Shown piece after piece: positions 24,801 through 37,840 of a stretch of 64,000 nucleotides of DNA. This DNA comes from Callorhinchus milii. Taxonomy: Eukaryota. Position 1 is the first letter of the stretch. Each line of letters starts with the position of its first letter. The stretch lies in NCBI RefSeq assembly GCF_018977255.1, contig NW_024704753.1:4526001-4590000 (forward strand), in the 5' to 3' direction. Below the pieces are notes generated by a model, which searched no databases, had not been told where the DNA came from, and saw only the letters and a program-made list of their open reading frames with translations. A program made the position numbers and the translations under genes.

Positions 24801-26054
24801 CACTGTCATGAATTCATTCACAATATTTAAATGTACACGTTAGCAGCTTGTAACAAAATGTACTACTAAACTGCGGGCTTTCTTTTGTTTTTTTAAAAAA
24901 TGAAACCGACTTGTCTCGATAAATTAGCAACAATATCGGAATGTCGGAATGTCTGCATCCCCTTTCCTTTCTTTTCATAAGCCTATATTTACCCTTTGAA
25001 AATATCTCTTGTGTTCCTGAAATTATTTCACACTGATCACTTTTGCTTTAAAGGGCAATTAAATGTTAATGTGGTGATTTTTTTCCCCTGACAGTCCTGC
25101 TTTTAGATCAGCGTGAATACGCAATGATCGCTGGTTGGATGACTTTGAACTGTTGTAACTGATCTATGATTGACAGGCAGTGCGTTGGAACTGGGACAGG
25201 GCCATTGGAAAAAAAACAACCTTTTTATATCTGTGCATACATGTTCGACTTGCAGGAAAATGTGCAGGGCACAACATTCCTGTGCCTATTTCTTTGCTCT
25301 CTCATTACCTTGCTCAATATTCTATAAGTGCCCTGTCTTTTTAAAATAATTAGCAACCAGTTTTAAGTGATAATATTTGAAAGGTAGTTAAATGTATTAG
25401 GTGCAGATGGCACCTGGTTTGCAGACTGTGTTTGTGACTTTGGTTTATCAGCCTCTTTTGGAGTGGTGTCACAAAAGGCAGAGTGAACAGTCACGCACAA
25501 ACACACAAGGCTAAGAGCAGGACGTTATACATAGCAGCAGCTAAATAATGTATTCAAAGGGAAAAAAAATACCGTACATGGCAACTCTAACTGATGGAGG
25601 ACATTTTATAGGATCTGACATTAACTCTAAAGACTCCAGTAGCATTTCTGCATCAAAGTAAAAAAAAACAAGCTTAAACACTGCGCTAAGAACTATGCCT
25701 AACATTGTTCTATTTTACTTTTCTGGTAGATATTTAAATTGAGCAGATATTAAAAGTCCATCTTACATTGTATCTCTAAAACAGCACTGTTCTCAGCGCA
25801 AGACAGACCGTATTATGTACATCACAAAATACACAGTCAATCCACTTTACATTATATCCTGTGAAGCGCTTTGAAATATCTTGACGATATGAAAGACGCT
25901 ATATCAAATGCAAGTATTATTATTGTTATTTGAAAGCTGTGATGGTCATTCACTATTCCACCCCAATGATCATCACACGAGCAGCTGTATTTAAACCCTG
26001 ATACCACAGAGCATGAAGCAGCCACTATCCATGTAGATATGACCTGGCACACAT

Positions 26055-26405
26055 CATAACTGTCCATCACATCAGTTCTGGCCAGGCTCCACTGGCTCCC
26101 TATCGCTGAACGGATCGATTTCAAGATCCTCACGCTCGTTTTCAAATCCCTTCAAATCTCTGGCACCTCTGGCGCCTCTACTTCTCCGACCTGCTTATCC
26201 CCAAACCCACTACCCGCTGCCTCCACTCGACTGGCTCCGGCCTTCTGCGTGTCCCTCGTGTCCTTAGTTCCACCATTGGTGGCCGCACTTTCAGCCTCTA
26301 CTCCCAAAACTCTGGAACACTCTTCCTCTATCCCTAAGTCTTGCCCCTCCTTCCCCATCTTCAGGTCGTGCCTGAAGACCTTCCTTTTCGACCGTGTCTA
26401 GGGTC
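26055..26405 (+). mobile_element. L2 ORF2 C-terminal fragment
   Basis: Encodes ITSVLARLHWLPIAERIDFKILTLVFKSL. Downstream frames are broken. Confidence 0.85.
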
Positions 26406-26642
26406 AAGTTTGAATACTTTAACACAAATTAAACAAACTACACAGTCCGCTCTAAATCCAGCAAGTTTCTTCCCTCCCCCAGTTTTGGGCCCCTTTGTCT
26501 AAATATATGACTCAGTTGCTTGCAAGCCCCTCACCCACGTTATCCATATGTAACCCATATGTGTTATTGCCACGTGAGGCTAAAAATGGGTGGGCATTAT
26601 GGACTAGTCCAAACTCTGTGCTCACTAATATAAGTCTACGTA

Positions 26643-27011
26643 GGTATCCTGTAGCTCAATGGTTAGAGCACGCACCTCACAAGTGAGAGACCTGAGTTCT
26701 ATTCCTGGCAGAGCGAAATGTTGGGCAAATTTCCTTACTCCACATACCTCTGTTTCCCTAGTAGTAAGTAGGAACCCAATTGTTAGTCGATTGGCGGATT
26801 GCTTTATTGGGGATAATAATCCTCAAAAATAAAAATAAAAATAATAATTTGGTCACTCAATCCACAGCTGTTTGTGGGACGCTGCTGTGTGCAATTGGCT
26901 GCAGCGTTTTGCCCACAAAATATAGTCAATTCACTTTACAGTCTATTCTGTGAAGCACTTTGAGACGTCTCAAAGACATGAAAAGCAATCAAATGCAAGG
27001 ATTATTATTAT
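26643..27011 (+). mobile_element. Full-length young SINE (long variant)
   Basis: A box tagctcaatgg, B-box-like gagttctattcc, extra ~60-bp segment, (TTA)n tail. Confidence 0.92.
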
Positions 27012-28479
27012 ATGCACACGTTCTGGCAAGTGGTCGCTGAATAGAAATCAAGAGCATAGACCCAGGGGATCTTTTGCCTTCCTTATCCGAGGACATCAAG
27101 GTAAATTGTCATTCTTGCATTGACTGAGATCAGCTAAATTCAACATCAGTAATGGATGGAACCCTGTCCAATTCACTTTCCAGCTTCTAGTGTAAAACAT
27201 TCTCAGAAAGTTTAAGATAATAAAATAATAATCCTTGCGTTTGATTCAATGCCTTTCACACCAAGGAAGAATGTCTCAAAGTGCTTCACATGATTGATTC
27301 ATTGTAAAGTGTAGTGACTTCTGATCACAATGAAAAATGGTTTGGAAAGTTTTTTCATTTCAGATTTCTGATAACGTTTTGCAGGTATTTGCTCTGAAGT
27401 TCTTTTCAACTCTAAAAGCGCTTTGAATCAGGCTACTTTGGATCAATTGGCCTAACTTGGATCAATTCTGTTTTCACTCACTCTAGCTCAGTGAGGCAAA
27501 AGGTATCGTATTGTAGCAGATAACACATAGACCTGCAGTGGGAAACTAATTTCATTCAGAAATGGAAAATCCAAATTTTGGAATTAGGTTCATGGATCAT
27601 TGCTCAACCCATCGGCCCTTCTCTCTCTCTCCTGGTGAGTCTTATCAAAAGATTATTGTTATCTTCCCCTCCAGCTTTTATTAGGTTGAATAAAGATATT
27701 TTTTTCTCTGCCTAAAACAATTATACGTGACAGGCAACTGTGTACAGTATGTTACACCTGTGAGAGCCAACAAATGAAACACGTTGGCAATTTGGTCTCT
27801 TGTGACCGTCAAGCCAATTGGAACTTGTCTTCAGCAATGATTTGGTGTGACCCAGCTGAAACAACACTCTGCCCTTCAAATACTAACACTTCTCGCATTG
27901 TTAAAGTATATTACGCTAAACCATTTTGTAAGAGCAAAAACACCTGGTCAAGTGTTGAAGGGCATTTTTTTATTCCCCCCCACGTTATGGATAGAGATTG
28001 ACAATTGCACATATGCCCTAATCTATCATTTCCACATCTGCTGAAGCATATATCGTGCCCAAGGCTTGACTCTGCTTCCAGTTAGCCAGCAGACAATGAA
28101 AGGATGTGTGCAGCCTACAAAAGGTAAGATACTGTTCTCATGTTCAACAGCAATTTCATGAAAATAATCCTTAAGGACTGATGGCATAGCATTGTCCTCT
28201 TGACATCCGATTCCAGTGAATGCGGAGTTCACAGCAGTCATCTGTCTATGGTAATTAGCTCCGATAATCTCTCTTCTTACCACTCCTTCATTGAAGAGAG
28301 CGAGAATGGTTAAAGACTATTGTTCCACAGGCTTTGGCAGAACCTCAGATTCCTTGACATTCTTCCTCTGTAAGTCTAGACAGCGAATGCCAGCTGTTTG
28401 GCTAGGGGCAGGAGGCAGGGTGGGGGTGGGGGAGGGTTTCACCACAGAGATGCTCACTGCTGGCCCTGCTCATAGGTTC

Positions 28480-28682
28480 CAGTAGAAATCACTGGATAGC
28501 ACTCAGAACTTAGCAAAGCTGGCCAATATTTTCTCTCTTTCTAGCCCTGGGGATGATGCCAAAACATAGCATCTCCCTTCTCTGCTTGCCCCAGATCAGA
28601 TTGACTAATTCAGCACAGATGGGGATCAACACTGGGATTTCCCTAGTCTGTATGGCTTAATCCCACATCAGGCAATGCATTT
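28480..28682 (-). mobile_element. Ancient SINE-like repeat (MER131-like from memory)
   Basis: Minus strand: agccatacagactagggaaatcccagtgttgatccccatctgtgctgaattag...ccccagggctag. Confidence 0.55.
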
Positions 28683-29747
28683 GCACTCCACATTGCCTTC
28701 ATTCAAATAAACAATCAGCTCAAATCGAACGCTGTGCGTGGATAAAACTAGCATCCTGTTGACACACAGCGGGAGACAGATAATTCCAAAAAGCCTGTAC
28801 AGGATATGAACATTAGGCCCTATTCCAACTACTGACATGAGAAGCAAACCTGATTTTGTACGTTGTCTAGTTAAAATATGATTGCGGTATATCATTGGTG
28901 TTCCATGCACTTTGGGATGCTACCTTGCGTGAAGGGCGCTATATAAATGCAAATTGTTGTTGTATAATACATGATGCGAAAAAAGTACCACTATGAGTCT
29001 TGTTGTCCTGGCCACCAATCCCCCAAATAAAATTGGTCATTCACTTCATGGCTGTTTGTGTGGCCAAAATTAACAATATTAACGTACACTGGAATAATCA
29101 ACTCTTAAGGATGAGAGGGGTTGTTACACAGGAATTAAAACAATTCAAGAATATCACCACAACTTTAAAAGCAATAAGTAGTTCCCACTAATATTTCAAT
29201 GCTATGTTCCTATAATCTGTATTTTGGACAGTTTCCTTTATATTTCCAATATACCAATAAAATCAGCAGTTTGGGAGGGTCACTCCTTCCTTGGCAAAAG
29301 GATGCTGGCTGATGGCATTCACCTCAAATGAACAGAATTATATTCCATAGAGAAACAAAATAAAAGGGAGAAGAAATCATACGTTAATGCCACCTTTGTA
29401 AAATCCATCGGCTGACATTTCTGTCAGAAACTAGAAGAGCATCCAAAAAAAAAGTCTTGATTAAGTGAAAATTTGTCACAGTTTTTAATGCGTATAGAGC
29501 AATGGAGATAACTTTAATTTCAATATATTATTAAAGCAAAATGTACAACTTCAACCATAAATGCATTGCCGTAAGTTAGTTAATTTCACAATCGTGTTTT
29601 CCATGAAACTTAAAATTAGAGTGCTTTACCATAACGAATGATACACTATCTTTCAGTCCTTCTATGTTCCTATGGAAAATATCTCATCCTTATAATATTA
29701 TTCCTAATAATATTTCCAGCCAAATATATTTTTTAAAATCTTACGTT

Positions 29748-29870
29748 ACGTTTTGCCCACAAACCATACAGTCAATTCACTTTACCAGTATATTCTGTGA
29801 AGCACTTTGAGACATCTAGAAAGTGTGATAAAAAGATGCTATATCAAATGCAAGGATTATTATTATTACT
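29748..29870 (+). mobile_element. SINE 3' fragment
   Basis: cagtcaattcacttta...gctatatcaaatgcaaggattattatt. Confidence 0.85.
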
Positions 29871-30171
29871 AAATCTGATCTATTCCCAGCCTCTGTAAGA
29901 TACTTTCTAACGCTAGCTACTAAAATATCATATTTTGTATCTCCACTCAGAAAGCATACCCAGTCTCAGAAACAAGATCACAAGATTGGTTTGGATGAAG
30001 ATGGCCCTTCAGCCCATTTGAACTCATCCTTCCAAAACACCCACCCATCCGACTGTCATCTAATCACAGCACCGAGTTCCGTGAGTTTCAGTGTTCTGGC
30101 TACAATCAACCCTTTCTGATATGTCCCTGACACAGCTCATGCCAAGACTTGAACATTGAAACTATACAATG

Positions 30172-30350
30172 AATCATTCACTCAATGGCTGTTTGTGGGG
30201 ACATGCCTGAGAGCATATTGGCTGCTGCATTCACCTACAAAATACACAGTCACTACACTCAACAGTAAATCTTGTGAAGCGATTCGAGACGTCCTCCTGC
30301 CGTGAAAGTCGTATCAAATGCAGAAATGCAAATGCAAGAATTATTATTAA
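30172..30350 (+). mobile_element. Older SINE 3' fragment
   Basis: ggctgtttgtgggg...attggctgctgcattcacctacaaaatacacagtcac followed by the tail. Confidence 0.8.
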
Positions 30351-30470
30351 TACGTTTCTGTAACGCATCTGAGCTTCAGTGATGAGCACCTGCTTTTGGG
30401 GTGGGGTGGAGAGGGGGGGCAAGAATTAAAAAAAGGACATAAGAGCTTGCAGTAAAAAGGATTACAGTAC

Positions 30471-30747
30471 CAAGTCACAGAATCCACGTCAGGTTTCAGA
30501 GTTTGTGACTCATAGGAAGACAATATACTAAGTTCTCTTCAAATGAAATATTAGAGTTTGATTACTGTACGACTTGAACTGCTAATAGTTTCTGGTCATA
30601 TTGAGTCAGAGATTAAAAATAACCTGTCCTAGTTGTGTGACTCAATTAAAGACCAAAATCCCCCAGGGCTAATGTGGCGGTGGTAATTTTAATTTGTTTG
30701 TGTTGAGTCACAGAGATAAAAATCTCAGTCTGATACCCTGCGATTCA
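30471..30747. promoter_or_regulatory. Cluster of four AP-1 consensus sites in inverted pairs
   Basis: TGA(C/G)TCA at 30506, 30602, 30638 and 30704. Confidence 0.4.
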
Positions 30748-33365
30748 GTGATACCAATTTTAGGACAAGGTGCTGGCCAGAGGAATTCATTACAAAGTGT
30801 TCATACACCCACACACGCACTCACACTCACACTCAAAGGCCTATCCAGAATTCTTGATATGAACCTGTATAAAAAACAATCTGTCAGCAACAGAGTTCGG
30901 ATAGTTTACTCAGAGGTAGCAACAGAGTCCAGGAGCCGGGGAGGGAATCAAGGAGCCAGGGATATAGATTACGTAGGACCCAAGAATTTACAACCTGAAA
31001 TTCCATGGGTTATGGATTATTACTATTATCCTAATTAACAAAAACAATCCTTGGATTTGATATCAAGCCTTATCATGTTATGGGATGTCTAAAAGCACTT
31101 CATTGGATTTTACTGTAAAGTGTAGTGACAGGATTATTAGAAATAAGCTCCCGCTGGTAACGTTAAATTGTTATTTCCCGTTTTTTTAACTGGATCTCAA
31201 ACACACGTGTCTGAGGAATTCACAGGTGCCTGAACATGAAGCACTAGCAAACCAGGTTGGTCTTTGTATTTTCACCCCTTGGGGTGTTTAGGGTGGGGGG
31301 CTGGGGTGGGGGAGCTGAGGTACGTTGTTGCAACATATAGGCTTGCTAGTCAAAGCAATCAAAAATACCATTAGACGAGATGGTAGAGTCTGATAATGGG
31401 ATATGATTCCATTCTGTAAGCTAACTTTGTTTTCTTTTTGCGCACTGATCCCAAGTAAGTCAGCTAGCGGGTCAGAACAAACAAACCCAAGCATGAAAAG
31501 TTCTGGATTTCAATACGAGAGCCCTTCACCCTTTTAAAGCCAATAAACTCAGTCACTGGACTAATCCATACTCTCCCTATAGTAGACAGGGAGAAGAGGG
31601 AGAGGCAGACATCTGGGTCGAATGGGTTCCATGGATTCTTGCAGATATGTGGGATAGGAATCTGGAGTTCCGTTACACTTAAACCCTCATGGGTAAAATA
31701 AAGTCAATGTTTATGAACCATTCCAAATACTTCCAACTAAAGGAGAATGCTAGTGGCTTCCCAGTGCTTCATCTCACATTGCAGGCTGATCGTTTTCCAC
31801 CATGCTGAAGTACATTGCTCTATGCACAATGAATGCTCTCTGCATCCCATTATGTCGGTGCATTACTCTTAATGCACGCACTGGAGATGGATAAAAGGAC
31901 AACATTGTTATATGGGGACAGAGAGCATCAGATCAGACTGAGAATTGCTAAATTAGTTATAAGGGTGAGCAAGCACTACACTGAAAGGTCACGTCTACAC
32001 ATGCACTGGGATCAAAAGACTAGTATGGTTTGGGGGAGGGGACGTAATAGAGGGGACATCATATTGAATGCACAAGAGGGAGAGAGAAAAATTCAACTCG
32101 GAAAAAAAAAAGTGTTTCCGGTAACGAATATCAATGCTATCTACGTCCTGATCTTCGACACGATCCGAGGTAATCAGTTCACTAGTTCGTAGGTGGTTTA
32201 TCTGTGTAACGTCTGCGATGAGACACTGACTGTGTGCAAGAATGTGAAGATAAACAGTGCTGGTAACATTATTACACCAACCTTTGCAGTGATCACATAA
32301 CTGAAGTCTGGCTTTCTCATTTCTGTGTTTAGATTCAATCTCGAGACTCCTGAGAGGTGGAGGGGAATCCCCTTCCACTGTGCTGATTGGTTTACCAATT
32401 TTCAGTTCACGCAGTTTGCTGTTGAAACAAAACCAATATTACAGTAATAAAGTGACTTCAATTTAAAGACTAGTTTATTTCTATGATATAACTCCCTACA
32501 AAAACCTACACTTTGCACACAATGAGAATTTTAAAACCTGAATTGTCTTTGCCCAGTCATCTCTCATCCACCTCTTCTTTTCGATTCTGGCTTTTTTCAA
32601 ACTTTTATTTGTATTGTTCTGAACTGATCTAAACCCTTTCAAATCGCCAAAGTATCTTACTTGCTCTATTTCTCCTTTCTCCTATCTATGACCCTACAGC
32701 TTTTAACTTTCCAACTTCAGTAAAGGAAGGACTTCAATGTCATGCCATCGTGTCCGATGGGCATTTCAAGTTGACTTAATACTACAAAGAATAATCATTA
32801 TCCTTGCTTTTGATATAGCATATATAATGTCCATAGGTCTCACATTGCTGTAAAGTATCTGTGCATTCATAGGTGGACATGGCAGTCAATTTCCTGAAGG
32901 CACTATCTCTTAAACAATGATAAGGAGAATGACCGATTGATCTGGAGGATTGTTGGCCAGAACACCAGGTGACACTTCATTTTCATGGGATCTTTAACAT
33001 CTTCCTGAACAGGCGTTTGTCATCAGAACTCTCATGTGATCTCTTGTGATCGAGAAAACTTAAAAGTCCTTGTTTAAACAGTAGGCTTCTAAATGTCACA
33101 GAGAACCACATGTAAAGTGGGACAGCAAATATGAATTCACAAAGCTTTCCATTTACCCTGAGCACAATCAGGCAATCATTATCAGTCCTTCTGAATAAAT
33201 CTTTGTTTCGCGTTTAGTTTATGTAACACTTGCCATCAGCATTATTCCAAGATCAAATAAAAATATCGTAAGAAATATAATCTGATTATTCTTTAAAGGG
33301 AGATGCTGACAAAGAGTACAATTCTCTATTGAACTGATAAAGTAAATGGTTAATGTTTTAGGGTT

Positions 33366-33540
33366 GTCAGCCTGGCTCAGTTAGTAGGACGTTTGCCTCT
33401 GAGTCAGAAGGTTGTGAGTTTTAGGCCCCACTTCAGGACTTTGAATTCGCAGTTTAGGCTGACACACCAATTTGTCGCTAGGGGAGCATTGCATTATTGA
33501 AGGTGCTGTCCTTAGAATGAGAAGTTAAACCAAGACCTTC
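33366..33540 (+). mobile_element. Old Deu-domain SINE, 5' part
   Basis: gtcagcctggctcagttag...ctctgagtcagaaggttgtgagtt...gttaaaccaag. An L2-like tail follows to ~33680. Confidence 0.8.
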
Positions 33541-34300
33541 AACCGTGCCTTTGGTCACCTCCCCATCTCCTTTGCTGCCTCTGTTCAGCACTCCAAGACT
33601 CTGTGTTGCGTGAAGGGTGCTTAATAAATGCAAGCTGATGATTATTATAGTATTATTATTATAGTATTATTATTATTATAAAGGGAATTTACCGCTGCCA
33701 TCATATTGCACAAACCCAAGCTGCAATCTTTTGAAGTTGAAGTTTATCTATTTTTTATCACTGTTACATATTAAAAGAAGAATGGACCTGAGCGCTGTAT
33801 TTTGACACATAATGTTAAACTGTGGTTTTGACACGTGCACCATATTCTAGGTCGGTACGTTGCATATTTTTGTGTGCAAGCTGCATTGTGCACGTACTGT
33901 TATGTTAATGAATAATATCAGGATATTACTTGAAAGGTTGCAATTCTATTAGAAAATTGCGAGGTAATAATGTGCCAATTTTCTGCCCCATTATTTAGAC
34001 TACATTGAAAAAAGCTGTGAAGTACAAATGGCTGCCAGTTCATTGTGTTATTCAGAATTACAATGGCAAATGGACATCATAATAATAATAATAATAATTC
34101 TTGCATTTAATACGATGCAGAAAATGGGGAAAAGCCTCAAAACACTTCGCAGGTAATTGTTGTCGGCTATCATTGGCACAGGAAAATCTTGCAAAGGCCA
34201 AGAAGTGAAGGTCCCATTTTCCTGCACCCACTGGAAACCACATCAGCACGGATCAGGAGGTAAGAAGCACAAAGGCAAGGCCTTACCTGCAATCAGATAA

Positions 34301-34590
34301 ACAACAACAACTCGCTTTTATAAAGCCCCTTTCACCTCACTTAGCATAATGTCTCTTTACCAAGCTGGGGTGGACACTGAGCAGGGGAGAGGGGAGAGGA
34401 GGAGTGGGGAGCTGGTGATGGTGTGATCAAAGGGGAAGGCTTTAAGGTGGCACTTTAAAATGGACAGAAAGATGGGCAGGCGGAAAGGTAGAGGCAGGGA
34501 GCTTCTGTGGATATGGGCACAGACTCTGAAGGCTCACTGATGATGGCAAGGAGAAGGTAGGGAATGCATAGAAACCCAGAGTCAGCGTGT
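34301..34590 (-). mobile_element. Decayed L2 3' fragment
   Basis: (CAA)n followed by purine-rich sequence collinear with 12868-13160. Confidence 0.6.
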
Positions 34591-34760
34591 AGCCAATATT
34601 AGCTTGAGGATTGTTGGGCAGCACACCAGGAGAAATTCCCTGCTGTGAATAAAGCCACATCCACATCTTTAACATCCACCTAAACAGGTACCCACCACCT
34701 CAGCTTGACTTGTCATCTGAAGGACAGCACCTCTGAGGGCTTCCCTCCAGCACTACACCG

Positions 34761-35085
34761 TAATAATATTCCTTGCACTTGATATAGCGCTTTTCACGTC
34801 TTCTAGACTTCTCAAAGCGCTTCACAGAATATACTGTAAAGTGAATTGACCGTATATTTTGTGGGGGGGGGGGGAAACACGGCAGCCGATTGCGCCCAGC
34901 AGTGTCCCACAAATAGTCGTGGATTGAAGTGACCAAATTATTTTTTTTTTTATTTTTTACTTGAGGGATTATTATCAGGTATGTGGATTAAGGAAACTTG
35001 CCCGAGGTTTCGCCCTGCCAAGAATCGAACCTAGGTCTCTCACTTGCAAGGCGAGTGCTCTAACTGCTGAACTACAGGACTCCAC
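34761..35085 (-). mobile_element. Full-length young SINE abutting an old Deu-SINE fragment (34600-34760)
   Basis: Head with B box ggttcgattc on the minus strand, full body and tail. Confidence 0.92.
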
Positions 35086-35118
35086 TGTATGTATTGTACA
35101 AACACTTCCTAAAATGTG

Positions 35119-35553
35119 TTAGGCTAGAGAAGCTAGGATTATTCTCCTTGGAGCAGAGAAGGTTAAGGGCAGGTTTAATAGCGGTGTTCAAAACTATGAG
35201 GGGATTCGAAAGGGTGAACAGGGAGAAACTGATTTCACTGGTGGGTGGGTCAGTAACCGGAGGGCAAAGATTTAAAATAAATGCCAAAAAAATTAGAAGG
35301 GAGGTGAGGAGAACTTTTTCCACACAGCAAATTGTTCAGATCGGGAATGCGTTGCCTTAAAGGGTGGTGGAAACTGATCCGATAACAACTTTCAGGAGAG
35401 AAGTAGATAGATATTTGGGGAGAACAAATTTGCAGGGCTATGGGGAGAGAGCGGGGGAGTGGGATTAATTTGGACAGTTCTTTCAAAGAGGCGGCATGGA
35501 CACGATGGGCCGAATGGCCTCTTTCTGTGCTGTATAATTCTATGATTCTATGA
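35119..35553 (+). mobile_element. CR1 LINE 3' fragment (ORF2 C-terminus and 3' UTR)
   Basis: RLEKLGLFSLEQRRLRAGLIAVFKTMRGF is the CR1 ORF2 C-terminal signature. Ends in attctatgattctatga. Confidence 0.93.
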
Positions 35554-36639
35554 TGTAAAGATATACTGTATTCCACGACAATGTTTATGTTAAATCAGGA
35601 TTCGGCATTCTGAAGTTATCGTTCCCTTTTTTAAGAATGGAAAACCTTGACCTCCTATCATAACCAGATCTGCCATGATAGCTTTTTTATTATTGAAAAA
35701 AAATTGCATTTCATTGCCCACTAAAGCTTCCATTTACTTTGTACAGTGGAGCAGTAAATGCAGTGTTTTAAAAGCCACAACATCACACTACATTTACCAC
35801 GCACATATTTGCTTTCTTCAGCAGACAACAAAAATTGTGTGTGATTTTTTAATGCTCGTTCTCGAGGAATCAAAAAAGAAGTCATAGATTTGTAGAAACC
35901 CAGTAAGAGCATTCCAAAGCATCTTTTATGTACGATTACAATTTTTCTTGCACGTAGAATGAAATTAATCTTAAAATATTTATATTTCTCCCATTTGAAC
36001 ACAATTCAAGACAGGAGGAAGGAGGGGAGGGAGGGAGGGGAGCAGGACTTGCCATTAACAGCAGTGGCAACCATACATGATAAAGCTGAATAAACAAAGT
36101 CTATTTGGACTGGTCATCAATCATGTCATGTGAATTTGCTGCATATGAGACGGTGTATGGGACGGTTGTTTTATCTAAAGCCGCTGTCTGTAAAAATTCA
36201 AAACAATAAAGTTGTTTACTTGACTCTACCACTGACCCTCCCAGGGATTTTAGCTGGTGATGCGTTCTGACATCCATTTTCTCTTTGAGGTTTGGGAGAA
36301 AATGGAAAATTGATGGCTTCTGAGAAGCCCGGAGTTTCACAGCTTTGCGAGTGCAACACAATTCCATTTATAGTGTTTGTCAGGAAATGTGGCAACATGG
36401 GAGCCTTTGCTGATAGTTGCCATGGGCATCAGACACCAACAAGAATCCGAGTAGTATACAAAGTGTGGGACATTAAGGGGGCACGTGAGAGGTGAAAATC
36501 TCTTCAGTCGCCTTTCCCCCATGAAAGAAGCCACAATAAAGCCTTTTTTTAAAAATTCTAAATACAGGTGAGTGAAAAAATAATGGGCTGGAGACAATTA
36601 CTCCTCAATAACTAATCACAAAACCAATTATCCTAATTA

Positions 36640-36985
36640 ATAATAATAATCCATGCATTTGATATTGCACCTTATCACATCTTCTAGTGCTTCACAGAAT
36701 ATAATATTAATAATAATCCTTGCATTTGATAAAGCGCCTTATCACATCTTCGAGACATCTCAAAGCTCTTCACAGAATATACTGCAAAGTGAATTGACTC
36801 TATAGTTTGTGGGCGAAACACGACAGCCAATCGCGCACAGCAGCGACCCACAAATAGTCATGGATTGAAGTGACCAATTTATTTTTGTTTTTTTGAAGGA
36901 ATTATTACCCCCGGAAAAGCGATCCGCTAATTGACTCTTTGATATAAGGCGCTATATCAAATGCAAGAATTGTTATTATTATTAA
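36640..36985. mobile_element. Composite SINE: two tandem minus-strand tails plus an inverted plus-strand tail
   Basis: Tail at 36640-36700, long-variant fragment at 36709-36935, then aggcgctatatcaaatgcaagaattgttatt at 36947-36983. Confidence 0.8.
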
Positions 36986-37502
36986 GTTATGATTCTCTCC
37001 ACATTGGCAAAATGCATTGACTTTACAACCAGCAGTAACAGTCTTGTGGGTACTTTTGGATTCCCCTGTCTTTCAGAGTGTTGACTTTAAAGAGCCACTG
37101 CTTTTCCTATCACGGTTTTCATCTCACCATCAAGTGCTCCTGAGTCAGGTACAGCATTCAAGCAAATATAAAAGTCCACTACCAACCCTACCTATGGCCT
37201 CTCAACACAAAATTATACCGCTGTTATACACAGTGTTGATGTGATGCAGTTTCCAGGTCTGATTGAAGTTAACAGATATTGTATATCTCTGGTCAGGCCA
37301 CCATTGATTCCAGACACTCGTTAAATCCACCCAGAAATAAAATATTTCAACTCAGAAGAAATTGTGATCAGAAGGAAATTTAGGATTAAAAATGATTTTT
37401 GTCTCTTACCATTTCCACTAGTAGCTTTGGGTTTGGGATATGCTAAACAAAGCCACCACATAAGCTGCCTGATTTGGTGTATGTTGGTTAGTCAATCTAT
37501 TT

Positions 37503-37840
37503 GTGGAGTCCTGTAGCTCAGTGGTTAGAGCACTCGCTTTGCAAGCGAGAGACCTGAGTTCAATTCCAGGCAGAGGGCGAAACCTTGGGCAAGTTTCCTT
37601 ACTCCACACAGAGCCTAATAATAATCCCTCCTAAACCAAAAACAATAATAAATTGGTCATTTTCCATCTACGACTGTTTGTGGGACATTGCTGTGCGCAA
37701 TTGGCTGCCGCGTTCGCCCTCAAATATACAGTCAATTCACTTTACAGTATATTCTGTGAAGCGCTTTGGGACGTCCTCCCGACGTGAAAAGCGCTATATC
37801 AAATGCAAGGATTATTATTATTATTATTATTATTATTATT
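37503..37840 (+). mobile_element. Full-length young tRNA(Ala)-like-headed SINE
   Basis: A box tagctcagtgg, anticodon-arm hairpin ctcgc-tttgcaa-gcgag, B box gagttcaattcc, L2-like tail with (TTA)n. Confidence 0.95.

Noticed and set aside
37503-37575. Functional tRNA-Ala gene
   Set aside because: No acceptor stem, and it runs directly into the SINE body.
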